Shown here piece by piece: positions 22,345-43,254 of a DNA stretch of 64,000 bases; positions within the stretch are counted from its first letter, which is position 1; each line of letters starts with the position of its first letter. Origin of the DNA: Eledone cirrhosa. Lineage: Eukaryota. Location: assembly GCA_964016885.1 (NCBI GenBank), contig OZ024748.1, positions 9,486,001 to 9,550,000 on the forward strand, read 5' to 3'. The translations under genes were made by a program, and so were the position numbers. Under the pieces are notes generated by a model that worked only from the letters and a program-made list of their open reading frames with translations, was not told the origin of the DNA and made no database searches.

Positions 22345-22530
22345 TAATTGTTTCTACTTTTGGCACAAGGCCAGCAATTAACCAGTACATTACTGGTACT
22401 TTATTTTATCGACCCCGTAAGGATGAAAGGCAAAGTTGACCTCGGCGGGATTTGAACTCAGAATGGAAAGGGCCGTAACTCTATGCTAGAAGGCATGATG
22501 TCCGACCCTCTACCGATACTGCCAATCCAA
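22345..22530 (-). mobile_element. SINE family 2 copy
   Basis: Reverse complement of 4379-4565. Confidence 0.85.
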
Positions 22531-22609
22531 TAATTCAATAATAATAAAAAGGATGAGTTGCTAGATCTTCATTACAATCCCTAAACTATATATATATATA
22601 CACACACAC

Positions 22610-24270
22610 ATACATATATGTGTATATATACACACAAATACATGCATACATCAATTATATATACACACATACATATATGTGTATATATACACACAAATAC
22701 ATGCATACATCAATTATATATACACACATACATATATGTGTATATATATACACAAATACATGCATACATCAATTATATATACACACATACATATATGTGT
22801 ATATATATACACACATACATGCATACATCAATTATATATACACACACATACATATATGTGTATATATATACACATATACATCAATTATATATACACACAA
22901 ATACATGCATACATCAATTATATATACACATATACATATATGTGTATATATATATACACACAAATACATGCATACATCAATTATATATACACACATACAT
23001 ATATATGTATATATATATACACACAAATACATGCATACATCAATTATATATACACACATACATATATGTGTATATATACACACAAATACAGGCATACATC
23101 AATTATATATACACACATACATATATGTGTATATATATACACAAATACATGCATACATCAATTATATATACACACATACATATATGTGTATATATATATA
23201 CACACAAATACATGCATACATCAATTATATATACACATATACATATATGTGTATATATATATACACACAAATACATGCATACATCAATTATATATACACA
23301 CATACATATATATGTATATATATATACACACAAATACATGCATACATCAATTATATATACACACATACATATATGTGTATATATACACACAAATACAGGC
23401 ATACATCAATTATATATACACACATACATATATGTGTATATATATACACAAATACATGCATACATCAATTATATATACACACATACATATATGTGTATAT
23501 ATATATACACACAAATACATGCATACATCAATTATATATACACACATACATATATGTGTATATATATACACAAATACATGCATACATCAATTATATATAC
23601 ACACATACATATATGTGTATATATACACACAAATACATGCATACATCAATCATATATACACACACATACATATATGTGTATATATATACACAAATACATG
23701 CATACACCAATTATATATACACACATACATATATGTGTATATATATACACACATACATCAATTATATATACACACAAATACATGCATACATCAATTATAT
23801 ATACACATATACATATATGTGTATATATATATACACACAAATACATGCATACATCAATTATATATACACACATACATATATGTGTATATATATATACACA
23901 AATACATGCATACATCAATTATATATACACACATACATATGTGTATATATACACACAAATACATGCATACATCAATTATATATACACACATACATATATG
24001 TGTATATATATACACAAATACATGCATACATCAATTATATATACACACATACATATATGTGTATATATACACACAAATACATGCATACATCAATTATATA
24101 TACACACATACATATATGTGTATATATATACACAAATACATGCATACATCAATTATATATACACACATACATATATGTGTATATATATATACACACAAAT
24201 ACATGCATACATCAATTATATATACACACATACATATATGTGTATATATATACACACATACATATATGTG
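22610..24270. repeat. ~60-bp minisatellite built from TA/CA repeats
   Basis: Recurring caaatacatgcatacatcaatta anchor, roughly 27 copies. Confidence 0.9.
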
Positions 24271-24362
24271 CGTATACGATTGAAAATTATAGCTACACAA
24301 TATTTTCTCTGAATCTAGTTCACAAGTCTACAGTATTCACACACTCTCTGATTACTGCAGCT

Positions 24363-24473
24363 GTGTAAAATAGGATCAGCGCGATTACCTCCCCTATATA
24401 TTCTAGGAAGATTTTGTGTGAGTTTTTACTGTCGCTGTTTATAGTCATTGTGGTTTGTTATATAAACATACTG

Positions 24474-24558
<85 letters not shown>

Positions 24559-24782
24559 CTTGTGTATATATATATATATATATATATATGATTAAGTTAA
24601 AAATGTACATCCACATATGTATACTGAAATACTAGTATGCATATGAATACACACACGTGTACATATGTAGATGTACCGAGTTTTTCACTGGACACTTTAC
24701 TGTGAGTGTCCAGCTATTCTGTATGTAAACGAAACGAAATTTAATTTCGTTTCGTTATTTGTTTTTATATATATATGTATAC

Positions 24783-24855
<73 letters not shown>

Positions 24856-25234
24856 AAGATATACATATATATACATATATATATGTATATGTATATATAT
24901 GTATAGTAATATATTATATATATATATATATATATACATATATACTCAAGTATATATATATGTGTGTGTATATATATGTGTGTATATATATATATGTGTG
25001 TATATATATATATGTGTGTATATGTATGTATGTGTATATATATATGTGTGTGTGTGTGTGAGTGTATGTGTGTATATATATATATATGTGTGTGTGTGTA
25101 TATATATATATATGTGCGTGTGTGTGTCAGTATGTTTATATAATAAACCACTGACTATAAACACCGACAATAAAAACTGACAAAATCTTCCTAGAATATA
25201 TAGGGGAGGTAATCGCGCTGATCCTATTTTACAC
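24363..25234. repeat. ~115-bp inverted repeats (24363-24480 / 25121-25234) around a microsatellite spacer; MITE- or PLE-like
   Basis: gtgtaaaataggatcagcgcgattacctcccc... and its reverse complement. Confidence 0.8.
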
Positions 25235-25518
25235 ATATGTATATATATATATATTGGTAAACGGAATAGAAAATGCTGACAAATTGTTCACAGCAAACAT
25301 CACGGACACTCTATCTCAAAATTACTTTTGAAAAGCATTTAGAAATGCGCAACCGGTAAAAACTTAAAAACTTAAAACCACAACTGAATACTAACCCATA
25401 CAATCACTAATACTCTTTTATTCCTAATTAAACCATTTTTCAACTGTGAACAATTTGTCAGCATTTTCTATTCCGTTTACCAATATATAATAACTTGTGT
25501 CTTACACCTCTATTCTTT

Positions 25519-25619
<101 letters not shown>

Positions 25620-25679
25620 TATATATATACATAAAAGAAAGACCAACACAGATATATACATATATGTGTTCAAATCGTA

Positions 25680-26880
25680 AGGGACCAGATTCGCTAAGGT
25701 AAAAAGAAACGTGTCCCGAATGTGCAACCCCAAAGAACTAGAGAAACACATACAGCACTTCATCCACTGTATGCAGTTCTCTGGTTACAATCAGAGAGAT
25801 AAAATCAGAGTATATAGAGGAGCCAGAACCAAATGGGAAAAAATGGTAAATAATGATACAAATGGGACCTGCCCCTTGTATAGGAGCAAATTTTGGAATA
25901 GAATAGAAAGAACTAGGAATAAGGTTAATAGAAGAAACTCATGGTATGATAGCAATAAATACCAGAGTGTAATGTTCATCAATACAACCCCTAGAGGTGA
26001 ATTAGCTTACAAATTTAGAAGGGCCCTAGATAAACATAAACTCAATATTAAGATAGTAGAAAGACTAGGTACCTACATAAAAACACTTATTAGCAATACA
26101 TACCCTTTTCAAAGACCTCCCTGTATAGATAAGAAATGTATAATCTGTAAATTAAGCCCTCATATTAACTGTAAAACTAGAAATGTAGTATATAGCATAA
26201 GATGTACTGAAGGACAGTGTAGAGATAAGAATATAGTGTACATATGTAGTATAGGAGAACGGATAAATGAACACTGGCGAGAGCTTCAAGATAGAAAAGA
26301 ATCATCTGTACTCCACCAACATGCTAAAATCGAACATAAGGGTAAATTAGAGAACATAGAAATAAAAATAGAATCTACACACAGAAAAGACGCAATGTTT
26401 AGACAAATCACAGAGGCAATAAACATAAATGAACTCCAACCAAAATTAAATAGAAAACATGAATGGAATAGCAACACCACAACTTACAATTAAGGACAAA
26501 ATGAAAACACACACATAGAATAAAGAACCAACCAGTAACATGTAAATAAACAAATAAATAAACAAATATAAACACACACAGACATCCGGATGTAACACAT
26601 GCGCAAACTAAGCACAAAACACACACAAAAACAAGATGGCGTAGGACAGAACAAAGGAGAGGCACAAAAACAGAGAAAAGAATCCCCAGTCACTGAAGAG
26701 GTCACAGAATGTGTGACGAAAGAACTTTGACAATATATGAACAACCGTCTGGTTGTGGAACCAACCAACCGGAAATTTATAAATTCTTAAATTTATAAGT
26801 TTAATTTATAATAAATAATTTGGAGTGAAAGCAACTGGTGCGTGTGGTTCTTATTGGCAACATGACCCTCCCAAAGCATA
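25680..26880 (+). mobile_element. 5'-truncated Penelope-like element: RT C-terminus + GIY-YIG endonuclease (ORF 25711-26493), followed by a hammerhead-bearing 3' repeat
   Basis: CIICK...CKTRNVVYSIRC...YI(GET missing)...ERINEH...SVLHQH...RQITEAINI..LQPKLNRKHEW. Confidence 0.85.
26689..26731 (+). ncRNA. Hammerhead-like motif downstream of the Penelope GIY-YIG ORF
   Basis: GTCA-CTGAAGA-G-(GTCACA/TGTGAC)-GAAA-GAAC-TT^-TGAC. Confidence 0.6.
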
Positions 26881-26883
26881 CCA

Positions 26884-26884
<1 letters not shown>

Positions 26885-26926
<42 letters not shown>

Positions 26927-27057
26927 CATATATATATATATATACATATATACATATACATATACATATATACATATATATATACATATATACATATATA
27001 TATACATATATATATATACATATATATACATATACATACATATATACATATACATAC

Positions 27058-27110
<53 letters not shown>

Positions 27111-27187
27111 CATATATATATACATATATACATATATATATATATACATATACATACATATATACATATACATACATATATATATAC

Positions 27188-27222
<35 letters not shown>

Positions 27223-27304
27223 CATATATATATAATATATATACATATATATATATATACATATATATATATACATATATATACACATATATACATATAT
27301 ATAC

Positions 27305-27335
<31 letters not shown>

Positions 27336-27553
27336 CATATATATATAATATATATACATATATATATATATACATATATATATACATATATATACACATA
27401 TATACATATATATACATATATATATATACATATATATATATACATATATATACATATACATACATGTATATATATATATATACATATATATACATATATA
27501 CATATATATATATACATATATATACATATACATACATATATACATATACATAC

Positions 27554-27586
<33 letters not shown>

Positions 27587-27663
27587 CATATATATCTACA
27601 TATATACATATATATATATATATACATATATATATACATATATACATATATATATATATATAC

Positions 27664-27718
<55 letters not shown>

Positions 27719-27867
27719 CATATATATATACATATATACATATATATATATACATATATATATACATATATACATATATACATATATACATATATATACA
27801 TATATATACATATATACACATATATACACATATATATACATATATACATATATATATACATATATAC

Positions 27868-27898
<31 letters not shown>

Positions 27899-27939
27899 CA
27901 TATATATACATATATACATATATATATACATATATATAC

Positions 27940-27986
<47 letters not shown>

Positions 27987-28889
27987 CATATATATACATA
28001 TATACATATATATATACATATATACATATATATACATATATATATACATATATATACATATATACATATATATATATACATATATATACATATATACATA
28101 TATATATACATATATACATATATATATACATATATATACATATATATATACATATATATATACATATATACATATATATATACATATATATACATATATA
28201 TATACATATATATACATATATACATATATATATACATATATATACATATATATATATATACATATATATACATATATACATATATATATACATATATACA
28301 TATATATATATACATATATATACATATATACATATATATATACATATATACATATATATATATATACATATATATACATATATACATATATATATACATA
28401 TATATATATACATATATATATATACATATATATATATACATATATATACATATATACATATATATATACATACATATATATATACATATATATATACATA
28501 TATACATATATATATAAACATATATATACATATATACATATATACATATATATATATACATATATACATATATATATATACATATATATATATATACATA
28601 TATATATATACATATATATACATATATACATATATATATACATATATACATATATACATATATATATACATATACATATATACATATAGATATATACATA
28701 TACATATATATATATATATATATATACATATATACATATATATATATACATATATATATATACATATATACATATATATATATACATATATATACATATA
28801 TACATATATATATACATATATACATATATATATACATATATACATATACATATATATATACATATACATATATACATATAGATATATAC

Positions 28890-28926
<37 letters not shown>

Positions 28927-29343
28927 CACATATATATATACATATACATATATACATATATATATACATATACATATATATTTATATATATACATATATA
29001 TATGCACATATATATATACATATTCATATATATATATATACATATATACATATACATATATATATACATATATACATATATATATACATATATATATACA
29101 TATATACATATACATATATATATATATATATATAAACATATATATATATACATATACACATATATATATACATATACATATATACATATATATATACATA
29201 TACATATATATTTATATATATACATATATATATGCACATATATATATACATATACATATATATTTATATATATACATATACATATATATTTATATATATA
29301 CATATATATATACATATATATATATATATACATATATATATAC

Positions 29344-29374
<31 letters not shown>

Positions 29375-29723
29375 CATATATATATACATATATATATACA
29401 TATATATATATATACATATATATATACATATATATATATACACATATATATATACATATATATATATACATATATATATACACATATATATATACATATA
29501 TATATACACATATATATATATACATATATATATATACATATATATATATACATATATACATATATATATACATACATATATATATACATATATACATACA
29601 TATTTATATACATATATACATACATATATACATACATATATACATATATACATACATATATACATATATATACATATATACATACATATAAACATATATA
29701 CATACATATATACATACATATAC

Positions 29724-29768
<45 letters not shown>
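26885..29768. repeat. ~2.9-kb (TA)/(TACA) microsatellite
   Basis: Direct reading. Confidence 0.95.
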
Positions 29769-29771
<3 letters not shown>

Positions 29772-30125
29772 GATATTAAGTAAATGGAAACTATATTTAT
29801 AAAACCATATTTATTTCATTATATATATTTCGGGGATATCATTAAAAATATGGTATGCCTTCATCAGACAAAATGCAATATAAACAGTCTTATAAATAGA
29901 TAGATTTGACATACCTTACACTTCAATTTCCATTTAAAAAGTTGATTTGGTAGTGAAAAATGTTAGGGACAGTTATAGAGAAAAAAAGAAAGAAAGAAAG
30001 AAAACGAAGAAAAAAGAAGAAATGCATGCAACGAAAAACAGAGAGAGATAGATATAGAGAGATAGATAGAGAGAAGAAATTCATGTAAAAAAAAAACAGA
30101 GAGAGATAGATAGAGAGAGAAAAAA

Positions 30126-30163
<38 letters not shown>

Positions 30164-32113
30164 AGAGAGAAAAAGAAAAAATAGAGAGATATAGATAGAG
30201 ATAGAGAGAGAAAATAGGTAGTTGGGCACCAGTTGAATGACGTATCAATGATATATTTATTTATTTATTTATTTAGTTCTAGTATTAAGGTAGAGAGAGA
30301 TATATGTGGTTAGGAGAGAAAGCAGCCGTTACATAGAGAGAAAAGAAAAATATCCAGTGATAAACGAGGCGGATTTAAAACATTATGTTTCATCAATCTA
30401 AAATATCATTTCGTATGAATTAGGTATTATAATGTAAATATAAATAGACATACTATAAAATTAACTTACTGATCCACCAAAAATTTAGCACAAAATATTA
30501 ATAGAATAAATAATAGGAATTTAAAACCTAGCCAAAATACCGATAATAGCCTAAATAATATCCAAGTAAACAAATGTAACTGTAGAGATAGATCTAAATT
30601 TCCGTTAAATAACAATTGCTTAGTTAAAAATATAATATACAACTGTAATGTTAAAACGGACTTAAATTCTTTTAACTATATTGGTTCCACCTCGACAGAA
30701 TTTAAACTTCGCTATAATAACCACAAGAATTCTTTCACGGATCCAAGCAAAAAATCTTCAACATCACTATCAGGCTTACTCTGGCAACTTAAGCATGATA
30801 ACGTTGGATATTCGACGGCTTGGAATATAGTCTCAAGAGGGATTCCTTTTAATTCATCTTCTGAGACATGTGACCTCTGCGCGGAGGAGATATTCTTTAT
30901 ACTAAAATCTAAAAATTCCCTTAATTTACGGACAAATTTATTCAGTTGCTGCAGACATAGATTGAACTCAACTTTTAAATATAAATATAAATTTAAAATG
31001 TAGTATATTTACTTATGATTTGTAATTATTTATGAAACTCGCCGATAAATCTTTCGATTTCTTTTTTTTTTTTTTTTTTTTTTAAACATTCTTCATTAAT
31101 AATTAAACTACCCTAAAAGATGATGCTCCAAATATATCGAATACATTTTACACTAGATAAACTTCTATAATAAATACAAGACCATCTGTAGATCAAATGG
31201 GTATCCTAAACTTTTGGAATGATTTCTGCTAGACAGGATTTGGTGAATAATTTTGGTTTTGTTTGCTTTTGATTCTGATGCTTATAATGAACTTGGCAAT
31301 ATATTGTCAAATAAATTTGATGGGTAGATTTCTGTGGTTGATTTGCGGGGCATACTGTTTTATTTTTTAATTATTTTTTAATATTTTTTATTTTTATTAT
31401 TTTTAATATTTTTATTGATATATTGATATCTGTTGTCTATTTTATGCTTGAACAATAATCATGTAGAGTAAAGACAAGAATATTATTGTTAAAATTAATG
31501 TAGACTCTATATATATTTGTGTGTATGTACACATATATGTATACTAGAATTTTTATAGCACAATGAGAATGTTTTCATGTGAAATGGGAATTTGCAGAGT
31601 TGATCACGTAAATTCACATGGATGTCTATAGTATCGAATCTGGGATAACCTTCTATTTTCTTTTTCTTTTTTCATGAAAGTGCATATATACTTATGTATT
31701 TCAATTTTTTTTTTTTGAAGTTTTTTAACTCAGTTCTGATTATAAACCTACGAATTTTAAACTAGACATATGATCATTATTTTTCACACATTATTGATAC
31801 CTGTCTCATTCAAGAATACTGATATTTACATTATAATACCTAATTCATACGAAATGATATTTTAGATTGATGAAACATAATGTTTTAAATCCGCCTCGTT
31901 TATCACTGGATATTTTTCTTTTCTCTCTATGTAACGGCTGCTTTCTCTCCTAACCACATATATCTCTCTCTACCTTAATACTAGAACTAAATAAATAAAT
32001 AAATAAATAAATATATCATTGATACGTCATTCAACTGGTGCCCAACTACCTATTTTCTCTCTCTATCTCTATCTATATCTATCTCTCTCTATTTTTTCTT
32101 TTTCTCTCTCTTT

Positions 32114-32146
<33 letters not shown>

Positions 32147-32580
32147 CCATCTTTTTTCTCTCTCTATCTATCTCTCTCTGTTTTTTCTTTACATGAATTT
32201 CTTCTCTCTATCTATCTCTCTCTGTTTTTCGTTGCATGCATTTCTTCTTTTTTCTTCGTTTTCTTTCTTTCTTTCTTTTTTTCTCTATAACTGTCCCTAA
32301 CATTTTTCACTACCAAATCAACTTTTTAAATGGAAATTGAAGTGTAAGGTATGTCAAATCTATCTATTTATAAGACTGTTTATATTGTATTTTGTCTGAT
32401 GAAGGCATACCATATTTTTAATATGATATCCCCGAAATATATATAATGAAATAAATATGGTTTTATAAATATAGTTTCCATTTATTTAATATCGTAAATA
32501 TACTCCAAATACTTGTTGAGTGCTTTTATATCAGTTATAAATATTTACTCGTTGTAACCCAACGATCTAAATAAAACTTT
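29769..32580 (+). mobile_element. Penelope-like insertion: truncated GIY-YIG ORF (30443-31003) with ~675-bp inverted arms (29769-30441 / 31822-32496)
   Basis: Frame lacking a start codon: NRHTIKLTY*...KCNCRDRSKFPLNNNCLVKNIIYNCNV...YIGSTSTEFKLRYNNHKNSF...STSLSGLLWQLK...CDLCAEE...SCCRHR. The arms are reverse complements and each carries a hammerhead. Confidence 0.85.
32388..32453 (+). ncRNA. Hammerhead motif in a Penelope pLTR (inverted copy at 29812-29875)
   Basis: TATTTTGT-CTGATGA-(CATATT/AATATG)-GAAA-TATAT-ATA^-ATGAAATA. Confidence 0.7.
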
Positions 32581-32581
32581 G

Positions 32582-37721
<5,140 letters not shown>

Positions 37722-37848
37722 AAATAAAAAAAAATCTAACAGATTAATTAATAATAAAGAAGACGAAATATTAATTAAATATATATGAAAATAAAACAGG
37801 AAAAATCTTAATAAAAGGTGAGCAAATGTGGATGAGAAAAAGTGTTAC

Positions 37849-37932
37849 CTTATACAATGTAGAAGATATACTGTAGTGAATTGAGATATATTTGGAGAGT
37901 CTATTTATAGGAGCGCCTTATCATCTCAGCTG
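37849..37932 (-). promoter_or_regulatory. Putative core promoter and 29-nt non-coding exon 1 of paralog A
   Basis: Minus strand: CAGCTG (37927-32), TGATAA (37918-23), TATAAATA (37902-09), ATTCACT Inr (A at 37877), exon 37877-37849 ending AAG|gtaac. Mirrors the element at 50858-50948. Confidence 0.65.
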
Positions 37933-39264
37933 CAGTTATTCTCACATGCCACCATCATGACCTTCACATAGTAATCACATAGTAATCACATAGTAATTGA
38001 CCCATTTCAATCCTATTACTTCTCTACTTATAACCTCCAATTAGAAAAATAACCTAACTTATGAAAAAATTAATGGGAAGAATTGAACTCTGAAATATAT
38101 GATGTAAGGATCACCACTTGGGTTCCAATTATGCTACATTGTATAAAATAATTAAAACAAAAGAAAACTAATAGAATGCTTTAATGTCTAATTGCCTGAT
38201 AATGATGCTTTATTTTTCTCTTTTTCATCTGTTTTAACAGAATCTTTTAAGCGTCAGATGTTTTGTAGAATTTAGTTATGACTCTATATTCTAGTTTGAA
38301 ATCCTGATATTAATCTTGTCTTGAGCGTCAGATGTTTTGTGGTGTTTAGTTACAACTCTTTAGGTCTTATCTTCAAATCTTGTTGAGTTCAACTTTGGTT
38401 TTCACTCATCCCGAGTTTTAATAAATACCAGTGAAGAATAGGGGCAATTAAATTGACTAATCCTTCCCCCTAGGTTTGCCTAAACTATGTACAACTTCAT
38501 TCCAGTTATATTTCTCATACTCTTAATTAAAATAATTTCAACTTACAGTTTGGTAAACTGATAAACCTAGTTTTTCAGACTTCTTTTCTCTGACCACACA
38601 AATGACTAAGTCTGTATTTTCTACTCTACAGTCCTTGTCATGTGACCAAAACACTGTACGACTTTCTCCAATGTGAATTTGTCCAAAAATTGTATATTTA
38701 ATTTAATTATATGAATTTGAGGGCAAAAGACCACATTGTTTCGTTTGTGGTGAATCCATTCATCTACGAGCCTTTTGTTTTCAGTTAAAGAGGGCCACAA
38801 CCCTCCATTGCTGCCAACGCCAGTGTCGGTGCCTACAATAACCGCAGCACCTACATCGCCCTCTCTCAATACCACCTGATTTTGTTACCCAGAGATTTAA
38901 CCATCTGCATTGATGAGGCTTCCAAAACGATTGTTTTTTAATATATATATATATGGAAGAGGTTATAGTTCACTTGAAGCATTGTATAATGAGGTATAAA
39001 CGTTTGTATATTTATAATAAAGCCAAAACAATGCAGGTATGGACATAGAATAAAGAATGCAAATGCAAAAGATATTGTTGACAATTAGTCTTTTACCTTA
39101 GATTTATTTAAATGTCCTTAATTTTCGAGATAATATCTCTTCTTCGGAGGGAAGTAAAGCGGTTAAACCAGTGTTCTAAATAGCTTGCCAAGTCATTTTG
39201 CATTTGCATTCTTTATTCTATGTCCATACCTGCATTGTTTTGGCTTTATTATACATATACAAAC

Positions 39265-39300
<36 letters not shown>

Positions 39301-40537
39301 CGGCAAAAGCTCAGACATCGGGGTCCCGTCTACTACCCCAAGTATCGAGTACTCTGGTGAGTAATGTTCTAAAACAGGTTTTTACTGCATCCATTTTGAT
39401 TTAGTTATATACATTCATACATAGATGTGTGTGTGTGTGGTTTTATCTCAAGCTTTCTCAAATACACTGGCTCACGTCGCACTTTTACTTATCTCCTCGT
39501 ATTAATTAAGGAAACATATGTTACCATAGATATCTATCGATCAATATCTCATAATTTTACATGTGAATGCTCCAGGCGATAATAAATGTCAAACCATAGA
39601 AAAACATGTTACTGAAGTACGGGAAATTTTCAAATATTTGGGTGTCTAAGTAATTGCAATTAATATAAAATGGTGTGTGACGAACTGTGTTCCGCTACAA
39701 TTCTCAGCTGATGAAATTACACTAAAATCTCAAAGAGCTTTGGTAAACGAGGAGCAAATCCGATAAATACAATCGACAAAAACAAATATGATTGTATATA
39801 ACTGAGCTCTGATATGGTAGGGGGTCATTGGTAGTATATAACTGACCCTGATATGAGGGGGGGGGTCATTGGTAGTATACAACTGACTCTTGATATTGGT
39901 GGGGGGTCGTTGGTAGTTTTCCAATGGTTGTATATAACTGAGCTCTGATATTAACCTGTAACTCCTGGTGGAGTCATAGGGGGGGGGGGGGGGGGGGGGG
40001 CGTAGTGACATACAACGTTTTGGGGGCCATTTTTTAAAACCTAGCAGAATCCATCCTCTCTCCAGGTCCGAACACAGCCAATTTCTTCCACAGAGAGGGG
40101 GGGGGCTATTGTGAAAGAGATATAGAGGAAGATTCGACCCCAGTACTGGTACTTTTTTTATCGACCTCGAACGTTTAAAAGAGAAAGAAGTTGACCTCGG
40201 CGAGAAAATAGTTAACGAAATGCTTGGTGGATGTTTAAAGAAGTTTCTAGCTGGAGATATGGAAGTAGTGAACCTAAAGAGACAATCAATGTTACAACTA
40301 ACTCAAGAATATTCGAGTATGAATATTTTCTATTTAGAGGAAAACCAGATTTCCAGACCGTCCAATCAGATCTAATTCATATATTGTTTAATCCTTAGAA
40401 AAAATCCTTCAATTCTTGGACCATTATCATACTCTGTTCTCGCTCTCTCTCTAAACTCAGCACCAAATATCACACACAGTACGACATTCCAAGAGAAATA
40501 CCTCATTGTTACTCCTTCTCTCGCTTTCTCTCTTCTA

Positions 40538-41740
40538 TCATCGTAATTTTTATCTATTCAACACTACAGCTATTCACAATGTCCATCTTTTCTGAAAGCA
40601 ATGATAAAATAAAATATATATTTCACAAATATTTCTGCTAAATATAGCTACAATGTTATTGTAGGATAATCACCAAACTTTGAAGCTACTAAAAATGGTT
40701 AGTATCGGTAAAAATCAATTAAGTAAAAAGCAAAAGTTTATCAAAAAATATTAAACATATTTTTATTCTTACCTTACTCAAATATATCTAATTTTTTATT
40801 TCTGTTCTTTACGAGATGGAACACAGCTTTGTGTGACACATATTTGTACAAAATATTCTACTAATAACATTATATTATACAAAGATTTATTTCATATGTT
40901 ACATGTATATCGTTGTTTAATATGTGATAAATTTAGCAATTCACCTCAACTTTCTTCTAAACATATCTTCTGTTATAAAGACAAAGAAGACTTCTCAATT
41001 TAATACAGCTCTCATTGTCAAGGAAACTGTTGTATCAGCGCCATGACAGTTGAAATGTAACATTTAAAGTACGAAACACCATTACTAAATGTCACATCCT
41101 ATGTTGAATAACAACTAAAACTACATTTATATATATCACAGCTTAATCCTCAATATATTTTTACTTTTATTTATTGTTTCTCTATAAATCTTCTTCGATC
41201 TACTAAATATTGGAATAAGTTGACTTCAATACACGTTCGTCTCACATGTTTCTGATTCTTCTTATTGTCTGTTCCACTCCTAACTTAAAATATTCCTAGT
41301 TTTCTCTCCGATACTTTTTTTTAAAACATCGTTACTGATCATAGAAACTAAATCTAGTTTGTGTGTTTTTTTTCCACTTTTAATGCTGTAGGAAATCTTC
41401 TCTAAATCTCTACTGTACTTCTCAAACTTATCTTTTGCTTCTTGAAACGTTTTAATACGAGAGAAAAATCAATAGAGATATATAGTAGAATTCAGTAAAA
41501 ATACTTATCCCTTAAAGTATGCAGCTGTTATAATAATATAGTTATTTGGTTTGTATGAGTTGAATAATACAGGTAGGACACATCACCTTTTTATTGATGG
41601 CTGCTTCCCTATTACAGTATGTATACAGCTAATTTACTTAGAAAACACTTCCAGCAAGAAATGTCCAATCCTAGAAGCAAGAGGTGTGTGAAGGATCTCA
41701 TATGTAGGTAACCTATCTAGAATGATCTCCTAGGAAACCC
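40538..41740 (-). repeat. 1.2-kb segment duplicated in inverted orientation at 59391-60601
   Basis: Near-identical reverse complement with few substitutions and one 7-bp indel. Confidence 0.9.
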
Positions 41741-42009
41741 TGTAATCTTCACAGAATGGGTGTATAGCAAAAAAAATGTTGGTTGAGGATAAATTACATA
41801 GCAATAATCGATGGCTTATAGATCTTTTCACTGTGAACTCGATCCGTTCGACCAAAATAAGAAAATTTAACGGGAAGCACATAAAAGTTGGTAACTGTTT
41901 GTTGATGAAGGGAAAGTTGTAGGAAGATATATAAATCTATAAATCCTTACTAAATAAGAGTTATGAGCAGAGAGAATAAATTTGTGAAAGATACGATAAT
42001 GGTTTTTAC

Positions 42010-42145
42010 TATAGGCACAAGGCCAGCAATTTGGGGGGAGGGGAAAGTCGATTAAATCGATCCCAGTGTGTGACTCCGTAAGGATGAAAAGCAAAGTTAA
42101 CCTCGGCGGGATTTGAAATCAGACCGTAAAGGGCCGTAACTCTAT
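42010..42145 (-). mobile_element. SINE family 2 partial copy
   Basis: ggcacaaggccagcaatt ... aacctcggcgggatttgaa. Confidence 0.7.
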
Positions 42146-43254
42146 ACAATAAAATTAAATTAGTGATGTGTGTGTGTGTGTGTGTAAAGAGAGAGCTCAA
42201 GCGCAGAAATGCTATAAAGATAGCTCATAAAATAGGGTGAAGACCCTTAAAAGACGGGAAAAGGATTTTCCAACGACCTGTATGAGGAATTGAACCTAAA
42301 TCTTCCAGATAGCGACTATATAGGAATATAGGGATATGTGTTTTCTTTTAGAATTTCATGATAAAACTCGATAGAAATATTTCTGTAGAACGTCAGGGAA
42401 TAAAGACATATATATAAACAATGAACAGTTCTTGTCGGACCCTTTCTCTATATCTATGGCTGACATAAACTGAACGTTTATAGAAATGTAGTTTGAATAA
42501 TGGCAGCGAAGACTAGAGGCCAGGTATTTAGAATTTGCTCTCAGAGCGTTCGAGTGTTTCTTTTCAGTAAAACATTTTCTCCAGCAAGTAGACTGACAGA
42601 AAGAAAACCAATTATATTGGCTGTCTTCATATTATTAGAGGCAGTTCTGATAAAATCGATAACTTGGTTTAAATTTAATTAAATGAACCCAATGAACATA
42701 AATACGTATCATTTAATTCAAACATTTAGTTGACATTGCATGAGTTTTCCATTGAAATCGTCTTTTAAACCAAGTATGAGCGGCATAACATACATAAACA
42801 AACATACATACATACATGCAAGCATGCATGCATGCATGCATGCATGCATACATACATACATACATACATACATACATACATACATACATACATACATACA
42901 TACATGCACATAGTGAATGTGTATGTACGTGTGTGTGCGTGTGTGAAGAAGACCTGGTATTTGAAATATAAATATATTATTGAAGCTGAAGTAAGTTATT
43001 AGAAAAAAGAAAGAAAATCTTTACATAGATCACAGAATGAACGCTGCTATGAAAAGACTTGGAAATAGAAATATAATTCCGTTTGAATGAAAGGATCCCT
43101 TTGCTTAACAACAACAACTGCAATAACAACAACATCACCAACAACAACTACAATAACAACAGTAGAAATAGTAATTTATTGCTAGTAAGGTGGTGGACTG
43201 CAAGGCAGTTGATTCCATCGGCTGTTAGTATTCTTCTTCGTCCATTTATAAAGT

